64,000 nucleotides of DNA from the human T2T-CHM13v2.0 reference genome, Homo sapiens (GCF_009914755.1 NC_060928.1), one strand, 5' to 3'. Counted from the first letter of the stretch, positions 46,401 to 59,775 are shown. Notes: generated by a model from the sequence alone, not told the origin. Program-made: numbers and translations.

Positions 46401-49400
46401 ACGTACAGATGGGATTTTGGTGTGAATGTCTTTTCTGTTTGTTAGTTTTCCTTCTAACGTTCAGGACCCTCAGCTTCAGGTCTGTTGGAGTTTGCTGGAG
46501 GTCCACTCCAGACCCTGTTTGCCTGGGTATCAGCATCAGAGGCTGCAGAACGGCTAATATTGCTGAACAGCAAATGTTGCTGCCTGATCGTTCCTGTGGA
46601 AGCTTTGTCTCAGAGGGGTACCTGGCCGTGTGAGGTGTCAGTCTGCCCCTACTGGGGGGGTGCCTCCCAGTTAGGCTACTCAGGGGTCAGGGACCCACTT
46701 GAGGAGGCAGTCTGTCTGTTCTCAGATCTCAAACTCTTTGATGGGGAGACCACTACTCTCTTCAAAGCTGTCAGACAGGGACAGTTAAGTCTGCAGAGGC
46801 TTCTGCTTCCTTTTGTTCAGCTATGCCCTGCCCCCCAGAGGTGGAGTCTACAGAGGCAGGCAGCCCTCCTGAGCTATGGTAGGCTCCACCTTGTTCCACC
46901 TTCCTGGCCGCTTTGTTTACCTACTCAAGCCTCAGCAATGGCGGGCACCCCTCCCCCAGCCTCACAGCTGCCTTGCAGTTCAATCTCAGAATGCTGTGCT
47001 AGCAATGAGTGAGGCTCCATGGGCATGCGACCCTCCGAACCAGGCATGGAATATAATCTCCTGGTGTTCCATTTGCTAAGACTGTTGGAAAAGCGCAGTG
47101 TTAGTGTGGGAGTGACCTGATTTTCCAGGTGCCATCTGTTACAGCTTCCCTTGGCTAGGAAAGGGAATTCCCTGATCCCTTGTGCTTCCTGGGTGAGGAG
47201 ATGCCTGGACTTGCTTTGGCTCACACTCCATGGGTTGGTTGCACTCACTGTCCTGCACCCACTGTCTGACAAGCCCCAGTGAGATGAACCCAGTACCTCA
47301 GTTGGAAATGCAGAAATCAACCATCTTCTGTGCCGCTCATGCTGGGAGCCATAGACTGGAGCTGTTCCTATTGGGCCATCTTGGAACTGCCCCCCATATT
47401 AGTCCTTCTTGAACTTGCTTAATTCACTTAGCATAATACCCTCTAGGTTCATCCACATTGTCACAAATGGTACCTTTTGTCAAACCTTGGCAACTGAATT
47501 GACATTTCTACTGCTTCCATATACAGAGAAATTATACTAACTGAACTTGTGAAAATAATTTATTGATATTAAATTAAAATGCTCATGAATAGTTTTTGAA
47601 TTCTTGTAAGATCAGATATGGAGAAAAATCTCAAATTTGTCTTTATTTTAATGAATGAAAAATATTTATGATTTTGAAATAATTAGCAATGGGAAACTAA
47701 TTAGGAAAATTGAGATTTTTAGATTGTTCTACTGTTTTGATTATTATTGACATAACATAATATATCGTATATTTCTATATTTACTTTAAAATACATGTTT
47801 ATATATACATATATATATATAGACAGAGCCATCGTGAGTAAATTAGTGTGTATGTGTAGTGGGGGTGTTTGTGTTTTCTTTAATGGATACTCTAGCAGCA
47901 GTTATCTAGTGTATGTCATGTACTAATTAATATTGCATCCCAGAAACAAATCCTAAAACTGCTTTAAATTTGTATCTTTTCTCTCTCTTCTTTCTAAGAA
48001 AGAAATGTATATATGGAACAATACTCTCTGAATTTGTTTCATTTTAGTATACCACATGATAGTGTGGTGAAGGAGTGTGAGGACAGGCAGACAGAGATGG
48101 GAGAAATGGAGAGACAGAGAGAGAAAGAAAGAAAGAAAGAGACAGAGAACTTATTATAGTGAAGCCTTATTTATCTTTGTATCATGAGGGGCTAGCTCAG
48201 GACCTGGCATGAATGGAGCTTATAAAGTGTATATTAAAATAAATAGGCCACTTATGACATGGGTTAAGTCATTCATATTCCAAATTTAATGTAAGAGGTT
48301 CGTTCTAGCATAAATATATATCTTAGGCTTTACAATAAAGTAAAATATTGTTACTTTTATACATATGATATAGGTTTAATTTTGAGAGCACGCACAATAT
48401 TTATTTAAAAATGCTCCTTAAATAAATTTAAAAATATATTTCTACATGAATATAATGTAACATTACCAATTTTATTGAGTCTCTGTTTTTTTCTTATAAA
48501 AAGAACTTACAATGATAATACATAAGTAAAACTGTAATAATTATACCTACTAGACACATAAAAGCTTTGAATTGAAGAAAAATTTTACAATAATCTGTGT
48601 CAGGTTATGATTTAAATTTAGAATTACTGTATTCTAAATTCTCAAACAGAGATCATCAATATTTTTTAGTTATGGTACTGAATTCAATAGAACTTTAAAT
48701 GTACATCATGTATGTGAGCTGACATAGAGGAATCATGATTAAGTAAATCAAAATAGTATTAATGTTCAATGACATGTGGTAGAGAGAAATATTTGATTTT
48801 TAAGTTAGAATTTAGGCATTCAAAACAGGAATCACAGGAATAACAAAAGGACATAACTCTGAACTATGCACACCAGATAAGCATAAAATTTATTTTGCAA
48901 ATGTTTTTGCAGTTTAGTCCTTTGCATCAGTTTATATTGTGGGAAAGTAAGGGAGCAAGAACAGCTGAAATGATATAACACATAAAAATATCAGATAATT
49001 TTTATTGTAAACAGATATAAGCTGAATTTGAAAACAAAATTGATAAGAAATTAAAGAGGAATATATTTCCCACTTGTTCCTTTCATATATAATCCAAAGC
49101 CTAAAATTATGATTCTTTATAGAAATATCTTCCTGCTTTTCTGTCATTTGTCAAAAGAAGAATAAAATCAATATTTATTTTTAGGGCTACATTACTGCAT
49201 CATGAACCTAAACTTAATTCTGACTCTAGAAACCAAGTCAAACCATCAAGAAATGTAAACCATGAGCAAATGAGAATAAATGCAATAAAATCACATCCAA
49301 TATAAAAGGCACGGAGATACTACAAAGAGTAAGAAACATCAGAAAGGGTTTAGGTGAAAATATAATAAATATTCCTTTTCTAAAATGTTGTGGTAGTAAT

Positions 49401-49590
49401 AGTTTATTACTTAATCTACAAAAAATATTGTCAGTATTTCCATACTTACCGAAATGAGTATGATACCTCAGCCTCACTCCTTCAGTATCTTTTTAAATCT
49501 ATTACCGTACTACAGTATCATTTCAACAATGTTAAATATTTAATCACAATTTAAATATTAAATATTAATGATAAGGATAATAATCCTTTA

Positions 49591-50287
49591 CTATGACCTA
49601 TACTATTCATACCGTTCTGGAAATATAACATATAATACCAGCAGATCGCAAGTTAGATAGACCAAAACCCTCTCAAAACCAAGAACAAACAAACAAAAAA
49701 TACAAAGCAAAACATTTAGCCTCTGCATTTAAGGCATGTTTTTCATCAATCCTGATGTGCTGCCGGGAATATACAAAGAAGAGGTGAGACATCTGGGATT
49801 CCCATGGGAAACCAGAAACGAATATATAAATGAAATGTTGAGAAGCCCAGCCATCAATTCTCCATAGTAAGCTAAAGGGTCAGCAAAACAAATAAACTTG
49901 GCTGCCTACAGCCTGCTGAGTAACTCCTTATTTTTATTTGCCTGCCACACCATGAAAGACTCTGCAGTTCTAAAGAAGCTTTGTAGAGAAAAGCAAAGAT
50001 ATCTTCTGTGAGGGTTTCTTAGTTTACTGAAAGTAGGAGAACCTTCACATTAAAAGGAATCAGCATGATCAAGCAGAAGGCTTGGTGGAGGTGCTAACAT
50101 GGTTATCTCATATCCATCAAGTTGGAGTTTTTCTAGAATAACTTTTAAATTGAGTGACTAAAATTCATGGGCCAGACAAGTACTTTCCCAAACTTTCCAG
50201 AGTCAAAGAAACACAGATTCAGCAGGAAAAAAAAAACAAAACCAAACACACACACACACACACACAGAAGACATTCACAGTTTTCAT
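49591..50287 (-). pseudogene. Decayed UDP-glucuronosyltransferase family 2 exon 1 (signal peptide plus aglycone-binding domain)
   Basis: Manual minus-strand translation across frameshifts: MKTVNVF-(TG)n-LLNLCFFDSGKFGKVLVWPMNFSH/NLKVILEKLQLDGYEITMLAPPPSLLLDHA/IPFNVKVLLLSVN*ETLTEDI...SW.../NKELLSRL*AAKFICFADPLAYYGELMAGLLNISFIYSF...LYIPGSTSGLMKNMP*MQRL...FPERYE*Y. The ~700 bp length fits UGT2 exon 1. Confidence 0.9.
50246..50266. repeat. (CA)n microsatellite inside the former signal-peptide codons
   Basis: Directly visible, adjacent to an A-run at 50227-50236. Confidence 0.9.
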
Positions 50288-50406
50288 GACCAACTCTTCC
50301 TTTAATTTACCCTTGGTTTAAAATAAGTACAGCAAGCTCATAAGCCAGATTCATCCTAAATGTGTTTCATGCTTTAATTTCTCAGTCAATTGATGGTGAA
50401 TGAGTC

Positions 50407-50415
50407 TGGACTTTG
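50407..50415 (-). promoter_or_regulatory. Candidate HNF4 site upstream of the UGT exon 1 relic
   Basis: Exact CAAAGTCCA (plus strand tggactttg) about 120 bp upstream of the ATG. Motif match only. Confidence 0.4.
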
Positions 50416-50803
50416 GACAGCCTACTTATTCCAATAGTCAAAGTGGAATATAGCTGTCCTCATGGAAAAGATCATCAAATTAAGCAATATAGCACAAATT
50501 ACATAAAAGCTTTCTAAAATAATTTTATATAATAGGAATTTATGCACTTAAAATTAAATACAACGGAAAGGATTTCTGGTTGAGTCTAAGAAAGTTTTCC
50601 ATGAGATCTTAATTGTTCTAATAAGAAGATTTGGATTCTCTTCTTTAGATTTATTGGAATGTTCATTTGGACATCTTATTTATTTTCACTTTGTTTATCT
50701 TAATGTTGGGATAATAGAAAGCATAGATATTGAGAATGCATACTCTACTATTGGTATTTTTTTTGTCAAAATGTATAATTTATTTTGAAATGTTAAATAG
50801 TGC

Positions 50804-51105
50804 TTATGGGCTGAGTCATGGCTCATTACTCAGAATTCATTTGTTTGTGTTCTAACCCCAAGTACCTCAGAATAGGACTACATTTGGAGACAGGGCCATT
50901 ATGGAAAAAACTAATATAAAATGAGGGCATATAGAGAATATCTTATATGGACATAAGGACAAACACAGAGAAGGAAGTCCATGTAAAAACACTGAAGGAA
51001 GGCAACCATCTACAAACCAATCATAATGGCTTTAGAAGAAACCAACTCTGTTAATCACACTTTGATTACACACTTCTAGCCTCCTGAATGTGAGAAAGCA
51101 TGTTC
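50804..51105 (+). mobile_element. MLT1B-like LTR
   Basis: ttatgggctga...aaccccaagtacctcagaat...atttggagacagggcc...ttctagcctcc. Confidence 0.75.
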
Positions 51106-51121
51106 CTTGGAGAGAAGCACA

Positions 51122-51280
51122 ACACACTGATCATTAGAGAAATGCAAATCAAAACCACAATGAGATACCATCTCACGCCAGTCAGAATGGTGATTATTAA
51201 AATGTCAAGAAACAATAAATGCTGGTGAGGCTGTAGAGAAATAGGAATGCTTTTACACTGTTGGTGGGAATGTAAATTAG
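51122..51280 (+). mobile_element. Short L1PA ORF2 fragment
   Basis: ctgatcattagagaaatgcaaatcaaaaccacaatgagataccatctcacgccagtcagaatgg. Confidence 0.85.
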
Positions 51281-52544
51281 AGCTAGGTCTTTGAGATTAT
51301 GTTGATTAATTGATATCCAATACAAACCAAGTTCAAAGTAGATGAGTAGTTAGAGAGAGGGTAAAAAATGGAGAGTTAAAAATTAATAAATAATAAAGCA
51401 GTCTAGATGGTATACACACTACTTTTAAGGGAGCTTTTTTTTGAAGTTTAGTGAAACTTATGTAACTTTTAAAAATTTCAATTTTATTTGTAACTTCTGA
51501 GTGATTGGTTGTGTTAAAAAAGTTACCATACAATTTCCCATCTTAACAATTTTTAAGTTTGCAATTCAGCAATGTTAAAGTATATTTACATTTTTGTGCC
51601 ACAGGTTTCTAGAAAATGTTCATCTTCGAAAACACATTGAACAACATACCATTTTCCCTTTACTCCAGCCCCTGGTATCCACTATTCCACTTTCTCTTTC
51701 TATGGGTTTTACTACTTTTGACACCACATGTCAGTGAAATCACTTATATGTGTATTTATCTTTTTTTGACTGGCTTATTCAACTTGTTATAACATCCTCA
51801 AGCTTCATCAATGTTGTCACATACGATAGAATAGAATTTTCCTTTTTTACAAGCTAAAAAAATCATTCATTTCATTTATATACCATGTTTTCTTTGTCCA
51901 TTCATCCATCCATGGACATTTGTGTTGCTTTGCTCTCTTGACTATTGTGAATAATGTTGCAAAGAACATGGATGTGCAAATATGTCTTTGAGATCCTACT
52001 TTTAATTATTTTGGATAAATACCTAGAAGTAACATTGTTGGGTCATATGGTAATTTTATTTTATTTTATTTTTTTGAGGAACCTCCATACCTTAACTATA
52101 CGGGTGTCACCATTTTTCATTCCTAACAATAATGCACAAGAGCTCCTATTTATATATATTATCTTCAATACTTTTTGTTTTCTGGGCTGTGTGTGTGTGT
52201 GGGGGGGGGGGTGTGTGTGTGTGTGAATATATGTATTCAAAAATATTTTGAGGTGGCTAATGGTTATGATGTGATAGTTCATTGTAATTTAGGTTTACAT
52301 TTCTCTAATAATTAGTGATGTTAAGCATCTTTTCATATGCTTTTTGGCCATATGTCTATATTTTCTGAATAAATGTGTATTCAAGTCTTTGAATTATTTT
52401 AATTGAATTTTTGCTATTAAATTATAGGGAATTGTCATATATTTTGAATATAAAACACTTAGCTGATAAATTATTTACCAATATTTTCTTTCTTGCAACC
52501 TATTTCTATGGCATCAGTTGTAATGTCTTCTCTTTCTTATTTCT

Positions 52545-52838
52545 TTTTGTTTTTGGCTTGGTCTTTGTTGTGTCTCCAGGCTGCAGTGCAGCAGCAGCAC
52601 CATCTCAGCTCACTGAAACCCTCACTTCCTGAGTTCAAGCGATTCTCTCATGTCAGCCTCCTGAGTAGCTGGGACTACAGGTGCATGCCACCACACCTGG
52701 CTAATTTTTGTAGTTTTAGTAGAGACAGGGTTTCACCATGTTGCCCAGACTGGTCTCCCACTCCTGGGCTCAAGCAGTCAGCCTGCCTCAGCATTCCAAA
52801 GTGCTGGGATTACAGGCATAAGCCACCATGCTCAGCCT
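52545..52838 (-). mobile_element. Alu (AluJ-like)
   Basis: Antisense Alu containing ctcctgggctcaagc; diverged. Confidence 0.88.
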
Positions 52839-53162
52839 GATTTTAATTATACAACTATTCGCTTTTTTTAATCAAGAAAACAATTTCTTGATTTTGTTGA
52901 TCTTTTCAAAAAAAGAAAGCAATAACTCAGTTTTGCTGATTTTTCTCTATTTTCTATTGTATTTATTTCTGCTGTAATCTTTATTACTTTTTTCTTTCTG
53001 ATAATTTTGGTCAGTTCTTTGATATGTAAAGTTAGATTGCTTTAGATATTTCTTCTTTTTAACATAGGCATTTATTACTATAAACTATTTTCATAGTATT
53101 GTTTTTGCTACATTTGTAAGTTCAGGTTCCTTTTTTCACTTCTTTTTGTGTATCTTCTACAG

Positions 53163-53384
53163 CAAGCTTGTCCAACCTGCAGCCTGACAGGTGCATGCAG
53201 CCCAGGACGGCTTTGAATGTGGCCCAGCACAAACTTGTAAACTTTCTTCAAACACTGTGATTTCTCTTACGATTTTTTCCCAGCTCATCAGCTATGGCTA
53301 GTGTTAGTGTATTTTATGTGTGTCCAAGGGCAATTCTTCTTTTCCCAATGTGGTTCAGGGAAGGCAAAAGATTGGGCACCCTTG
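53163..53384. mobile_element. MER30 (hAT-Charlie non-autonomous DNA transposon)
   Basis: Imperfect TIRs caagcttgtccaa / ttgggcacccttg, 8-bp TSD ttctacag / ttctatag, ~220 bp. Confidence 0.85.
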
Positions 53385-53434
53385 TTCTATAGGTGTATTT
53401 TGTGGTTACCAGGAGGATTGCATGAAGTATTTTA

Positions 53435-53590
53435 TAATAAACATTATATAATAAAACAAATTTAAAAATAAATAAATAAAATATAAATAAAATAAAATAT
53501 AAAATTAATTTTATATAATTATAAAATAATTACAAATTATAAAAATAAAATATAAATAAATATTAAATAAAATAAACATTTTAAAATAAC
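53435..53590. repeat. AT-rich low-complexity tract
   Basis: (AAAT/AATA)n-like run. Confidence 0.85.
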
Positions 53591-56500
53591 AGTTCATTTT
53601 AAACAAAAAACCCTTTAATTATACATGAAAAGTCTATTCCTTTACATCTCCCATTCCTACTTTATGTTAGCAATATCACTAGTTGTATATTTTGTGTTGT
53701 GTCCCAATTAATATAAATGTAATGTTACTTTTATGCTTTTCTCTTTTAAATTGCATATCAGAATTAAAAGAAACTTGTGAAGCAACATTAAAAACTTATG
53801 GGATTTTATATTTAATTACATATTTATCTCTACCAGAGAAATTTATACTTTTACATTCATTCATTTTGCTACCTAGTCTCCCTCATTTCAACTTGAAAGA
53901 CTCCTTTTTGCTTTTCTGTAGGACAGGTGTGGTAATAATTACCTTCTTCAACCTTTTTTAAACCCGAGAAAATATTCAATTTTCCATTATTTCTGAATGA
54001 CAGGTTTGCCAAATGAATGTCTTGTGTGGTAGGTTTTTTTTTTCTTTTCTGATTTTTCTTTCAACACTTTGAATATGTTACATCACTTACTTTTGGTTTA
54101 AAAAGATGTCTGCTGGTATCTTGTTGATAATACCATGTGAGTTCCCTTTTATGTCATGATTCATTTTTCTTCTGCTTCCGAGATTCTTTCTTTGTGACTT
54201 TTGAAAGTTTGATTATGATATTTATTGATGCAAAATTTTTGAATTGATCTCAGTGTACGGTAGTTGTATTTTAAAACAATTCTATGTCCATATTCTTCCT
54301 CAAATTTGGGAATTGTCTGCCTGCCATTATTTCTTTAAATAGACTTTTTATCTCAATCTTTTCCTCTTGTCCCATGAGGGCTCTCATAATGCATAACTGG
54401 TCAGGTTAACAATGTCCCATAAGCCTCCGGCTTTCTTCATTTTATTATGAGATTCTTCTTGCTCCTCTCCCTTAATAGCTTGAAATGGCCAATATTTCAA
54501 ATTCATGAATTATTTTTTTCTAGCTGAACAAGTCATCTATTGAATTTCTCTAGTAAATTTTTCAATTTAGTTATTGTATTATTTACCTCCAGAATATCTA
54601 TGTGGTTGTTTTCTATAATTTTTGTGTCTTTGTTGATACTTTTATTTCATATATGTATTATTTTCCTGATTTTTAAAAACTTGTCTATGTTCTTTTAGTT
54701 AATCGAGCATCTTTAATTATTTTTGAAATTTTTGATAGGTATTTAAGATATTTTGAATTTTTTGACAGGTAATGGATAGATCTTTGTTCATTCAGGATTG
54801 AAAAAAGGTTTACTTTGTTCCTTTAAACAGGTCATGCTTTCCAATGTCTGCATGTTTTGCATTTCTTTGTTTAAATTTTGAGATTTAAAGAAACACCCAC
54901 ATCTCCCAGTCTTTATGTACTGGCTTAGTGTAGGGAAATACCTTCATCTATCACCCCTCCTAGAGATTCTGGGAGTTTTGTGAACCATTCCAAGAGCTGT
55001 AGCCTCTCCAGGCTTTTGAATGTAATTACTAAGTTAAATCCAGTTTTTGTTTGTTTGTTTGTTTGTTTTCAGGATTTTGTAATATTTTACTTCACCTGTT
55101 GTCATTCTGTAGTAATAATGCAGCTCTTCTGGTACTGCCCTAAACTGCCCCACTGCCTTTATTCCCAGGCATTCAAATGCTGGGGTTTCTATAGGTGATT
55201 TAAGCTCAGTGACAGAAATCAGACCCTTGGGAAGTCTCTAAGGAGCCAGAACATTAGACCACATTTCAATTAGAGCACTAGAATATTCTGAATTTGTCTA
55301 TATATTTACATTTACCAGTGACTTTTTATATTTTTATTTGTTACATGTTAGTGTCCTTTTCCTTTAGAGTGAAAAATACCCTTTGCATTTCTTCTTAAAC
55401 AGGTTTCGTGTTGGTGAATTCTCCTAGTTTTATTTGTCTTGAAAAGTCTTTATCTCTTCCTCATATATGAAGAAGTGCTTTGATGAGTACAGTATTTTTG
55501 GATTAAAGGTTTTTCAAATTTTTGATTACTTCAGCATTTGGCTATATTATCCCACTCTCTTCTTGCCTGCAAGTTTGCTTTTTTTTCTTTCTTTCTTTTT
55601 TTTTGTTTTCACTGAAAATTCACTGAAAACCATTTGGTAACACTATTGAATGTGTTATGTTTTGTTGTTGTTGTTTTGTTTTGTTTTTCTATCTCTCCTG
55701 CTGCTTTCAGTATTGTTTTTGTTCTTTGATTTTTGGTAATTTGATTATAATGTGCTTTGGGAATTACTTTCTGCGTTGAATTTGTCTGGTGTTGTCCAAG
55801 CTAACTGTTCCCAGATATTATTGTCTTTCTCCAAATTTGGAAAACATTGAGTTATTATATTGAGTTTGTTTTCTAGTCCTTTCTTTTCTCATATCCTCTA
55901 GAAACTTAAATTATGTGGAGGTAGTTCCCTTCATAGTGTCATAAAATTTCTGTGGCCGCCATTCTTTCTTTTTACTTTTATCCCTCTGATTGGGTAATTA
56001 CATGTTTTCTTTCTTTGAGCTTACTGATTCTTTCCTGTTTGATCAAGTCTACTGTTAAAGTTTTCTAATGAGTTTTTCAGTTTAACAATTTTATCCTGCA
56101 TTTCAAGGATTTCATTTTTTTATTATTTTGATTTCTTTCTGAAATGTCTAATATTGTGTCTGCATTATTTTCCAAGTTTCTTTTAGTTTTTTGATTATGG
56201 TTTATGTGATTCCTGAACTTTTCAAAGAGATTTATTTTGAATTTGTTGTCAGATATTTAAGCATCTTCGAATCTTTTTGTGCATTATTGAAACTTGATTG
56301 GTTTCTTTTGGAGATGTCATATTTCCCTGTTTTTTTTTTTTTTTTTTTAACAATACTTGCTGTTTACATTGATGCCTGCATATTTAAGAAGATGGCCACT
56401 TGATTCAGCTTTTTAATGTGTTATGCAGTGGTGTTAAAATATTACTGCTTAATACCAGAGCTGAATCACTACCCTGAGCATTCTTTCTGTTCTGAGGATG

Positions 56501-57644
56501 GCTTATATTTGATAGCAGAACCTAAATAGTGCATTAGAGCTAAATCTCTTCCATGCTGTTGTTTTCCTGTCTGGGGAAGACTTATCATGACCATGAAAAC
56601 ACAATGCTGCACCAGAACTTAAACCCAAAGCCGTAATAATTTCCGGGTTGGGGAAGGCTTAAGAAATAACTAGAACTTAGTTACTTACCTGATAGTTGTT
56701 TCTGGGTCAGAGAAAGGCTCTGTATGATCACCTGGGTTATTTGTAAAATCTGACCAAAGATTCTAGCCTTCCCCTGGATTGTGCCTCCTGTACTACTGTA
56801 GTGCTGGCTAGCCCCCCCATCAATGTGAATTCCCTGTTGATAGGAACACAAAGCGTCTGCCAAGATCTGTTTGCCATTTGCTGTGATTAGTGCTTCTGCT
56901 CTTTGCTTCCAATTCAACCCAGGTGGTTCAGTCCTTCTGACACTCCTAATACCTCCTGTGGGATGGAAAAAAGAAGATTTCTCACAATGATTCACACCCT
57001 GACATGGGGACTGAGCGTCCACCTGCAATTATTTTCTTCCACCTGGGTAATTGCAGGTACAGGGAAGTTTTCTGTGAGTGGTGCTATTTTGGTTTGGAGA
57101 ATGGGTTGATGCAGCACAAATGACCTTTCTTCTTTCTGGTCATGGATTTTTTAATTTCCATGAACCAATAAGATTTTTCACCTTTCTCCTGAGCTCCGGT
57201 GCATTCAGAGTGGTATTTTTATATTTGAATAGTTGCTAGTTGTACTTTTAAGATGGATTGATGCTAGAGGTCTTCAGTTCCACCATCTTGCTGATGTCAC
57301 TACTCAAAAATATTTTTACATGTTAGGAAATTATTTTGTTTTTAGGATTTTGTGTCTACGTGACACAGACATGAAAAGAGATGTACTCTTATCACTGAAA
57401 CTTTTCGTATACTGTTTTGGTTGTGTGCATTTTCTAGTCATGAATGATTATTTATTTAAGCCATATGTTTTACACATAGACTTTCTTAAAAAGAGACTAG
57501 ATGGTTCTATGTGTCAGAATATAGAGACAGAATATAACTACACACTAATAATTTCTCAACTCTTTATTTTAGAAGTGTAAATAACCTTTATTTTAATATT
57601 TTTCATATTACACCTCTGTAATGCAGAGAAATTTTTATCTTCAG

Positions 57645-57776
57645 GAAATGGAAAATTTTGTCCAGAGTTCATGGGAAGATGGTATTGTGGTGCTTTCTCT
57701 GGGGTCACTGTTTCAAAATGTTACAGAGGAAAAGGTTAATATCATTGCTTCAGCCCTTGCCCAGATCCCACAGAAG
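57645..57776 (+). pseudogene. UGT2A3P: UGT2A3-like exon 3 (132 bp, open)
   Basis: tcttcag|[44 protein letters not shown]|gtcagt. Confidence 0.95.
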
Positions 57777-59076
57777 GTCAGTAAAACCTCCAATCCTGAT
57801 AAGTAGCTATTCACATAATGAGAAAGTATAGCTTTTGCCTACTGATCCTTGCTGTTACTGGAAACAACACTCTTGATTGTGGTTTGTTTATAATAAAATA
57901 GAAATAATAAATTAAGCCCCTACATCTTATTTTACAATTTGAAATCTAAAGGCATGTGCCAACTGTTCCAAAATAAGTTCTGACATTTATTATTTCCAAG
58001 GACCAGAAAAAAGAAAACTGATAAAAAAAAGATAAAGAAGAATCAGTCTCAATCTCAAGAATATCCTTCTCATATTTGAGTGCATAAAAACTGTATTCAT
58101 GGTACTTTTGCATAGAAATAAAAGCTCAGCTTAATGTAATCTTTCTCAATAATTAGAGTTTTTAAGAGGTAAATGTCAATTGCAATTATATTATAGTAAC
58201 TTAATTATTTAAGTAATGTAATTATTTATAATACTCAACTGATTTTAACTTTGTTACTACTATAATTCCAGAATTTCACACTTTAGATAGTGCTATATAT
58301 AAACTATCCAAAAGATATTTTACTTTCTATTTAGCTAAAATACATCAAACTCAATAAAGGCAAGTACACTAATTAGGAATGTGAAATCTTGTAATTTTAA
58401 TTACAAAATTATCTGTTAAGTAGTTTGAAAAATCTGTGCCATCATTTCTTTTCAAATGTATGACATTTTTTATAGGTTTCCCACAATTAAAAATTATTGA
58501 AAACAGGTACAATCCCAAAGAAAATTTATCATTGAACAACGGAACATAAGTAATTCTCTAGCTTATACTTCTTCAATAAAACAGTTAAATATAAGAAAGC
58601 AGAGGTCAGAAAGAAAATAGAGAAGAAAAGACAACTGATTATCCAAAACACACACAAAATTGAAAGCAAATTTTATCTGCGGGGAATGGTAAATTTGATG
58701 GTAGAAGTAGAATAGTTCCATGGTTTAAAATGACATAGGGATCATGTACTTATAAAATTTTTAATTCTTATTAGAAAATTGAGTAGCCAGTGCTGAATTA
58801 CTTTTTAATTATTCACTGATATTCTCATTTTCAGATATTTTTGATTGATAATAAAATAATAATTGTATACTTAATAGGCAACAAGTACACATTATCTGAA
58901 AAGACCTTTGTAAAATGTCCTACTATATCTTTTAGTGTTTACACAGTACGTCTACATACCCCTGTCTCAACCATCACCTGAAGTACAATGAGTGTATAAT
59001 TTATAACTATATCTACATACTTAGAATGCTAATGTCCTGTAGTTCAATCTGTGAAGTACATGTGTTTCTTCCATAG

Positions 59077-59165
59077 GTGTTATGGAGGTACAAAGGAAAA
59101 AAAACCATCCACATTAGGAACCAGCACTAAGCTGTATGATTGGATACCCCAGACTGACCTTCTTG
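59077..59165 (+). pseudogene. UGT2A3P: UGT2A3-like exon 4 (89 bp; +1 frameshift)
   Basis: ccatag|[29 protein letters not shown]|gtaggc. A8 run at 59097-59104; the canonical UGT2 exon is 88 bp. Confidence 0.93.
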
Positions 59166-59557
59166 GTAGGCCTATGAGAAAGTAAAAATATGAACTAGAT
59201 GAGGAAAAATGAATAAATGTTAAACAGTGAGCAAATTCAGCAAATATTTAAAATTATAAAACTTTATTTTACTTATACTTTTGAAGCAGATATAATTAAA
59301 GGATTGACTAAAATTGTATAGATAGACTCACACTTTCTATTGTTAAGATGAGAGTGACAGGAAATTCAGGAGGAATTAATGCCTCTTTTTCTGAAGATAG
59401 AAATGATCTTTACTAGCAATGCTCCATGTGCTCACCTTCTAAAGAAAATGCTGTACGCTTCAGTGAGTTATCTCATAATTCCCATCTTTGGTGCTGAAAT
59501 TATTTTAAAAATTCATAATAAAATATCTCACCATTTCTCATTCAATTTGCATACAAG

Positions 59558-59775
59558 GTCACCCCAAACCAAAGCTTTTATCACTCATGGTGGAATGAAT
59601 GGGATCTATGAAGCTATTTACCATGACGTCCCTATGGTGGGAGTTCCCATATTTGGTGATCAGCTTGATAACATAGCTCACAGGAAGGCCAAAGGAGCAG
59701 CTGTAGAAATTAACTTCAAAACTATCACAAGCGAAGATTTACTCAGTGTTTGAGAACAGCCATTAACAATTCCTC
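59558..59775 (+). pseudogene. UGT2A3P: UGT2A3-like exon 5 (218 bp; two -1 deletions)
   Basis: UGT signature [31 protein letters not shown] with donor gtaagt. The canonical exon is 220 bp. Confidence 0.93.

Larger units (their letters stand above)
51530..57300 (-). mobile_element. Old L1M/L1MA fragments (3' end through 5' UTR; probably more than one copy)
   Basis: L1MA-type 3' end at ~51530-52490, degenerate ORF2/ORF1, and 5'-end-like ccaccatcttgctgatgtcac at ~57281-57300. Confidence 0.65.

Noticed and set aside
46274-47412. 120-175 aa ORFs on both strands
   Set aside because: Incidental frames in the L1 5' UTR / ORF1 start.
56681-57580. 115-aa ORFs upstream of exon 3
   Set aside because: They overlap old L1 5' UTR and intron sequence, with no UGT exon 2 motif (WLIR/GGLHC).
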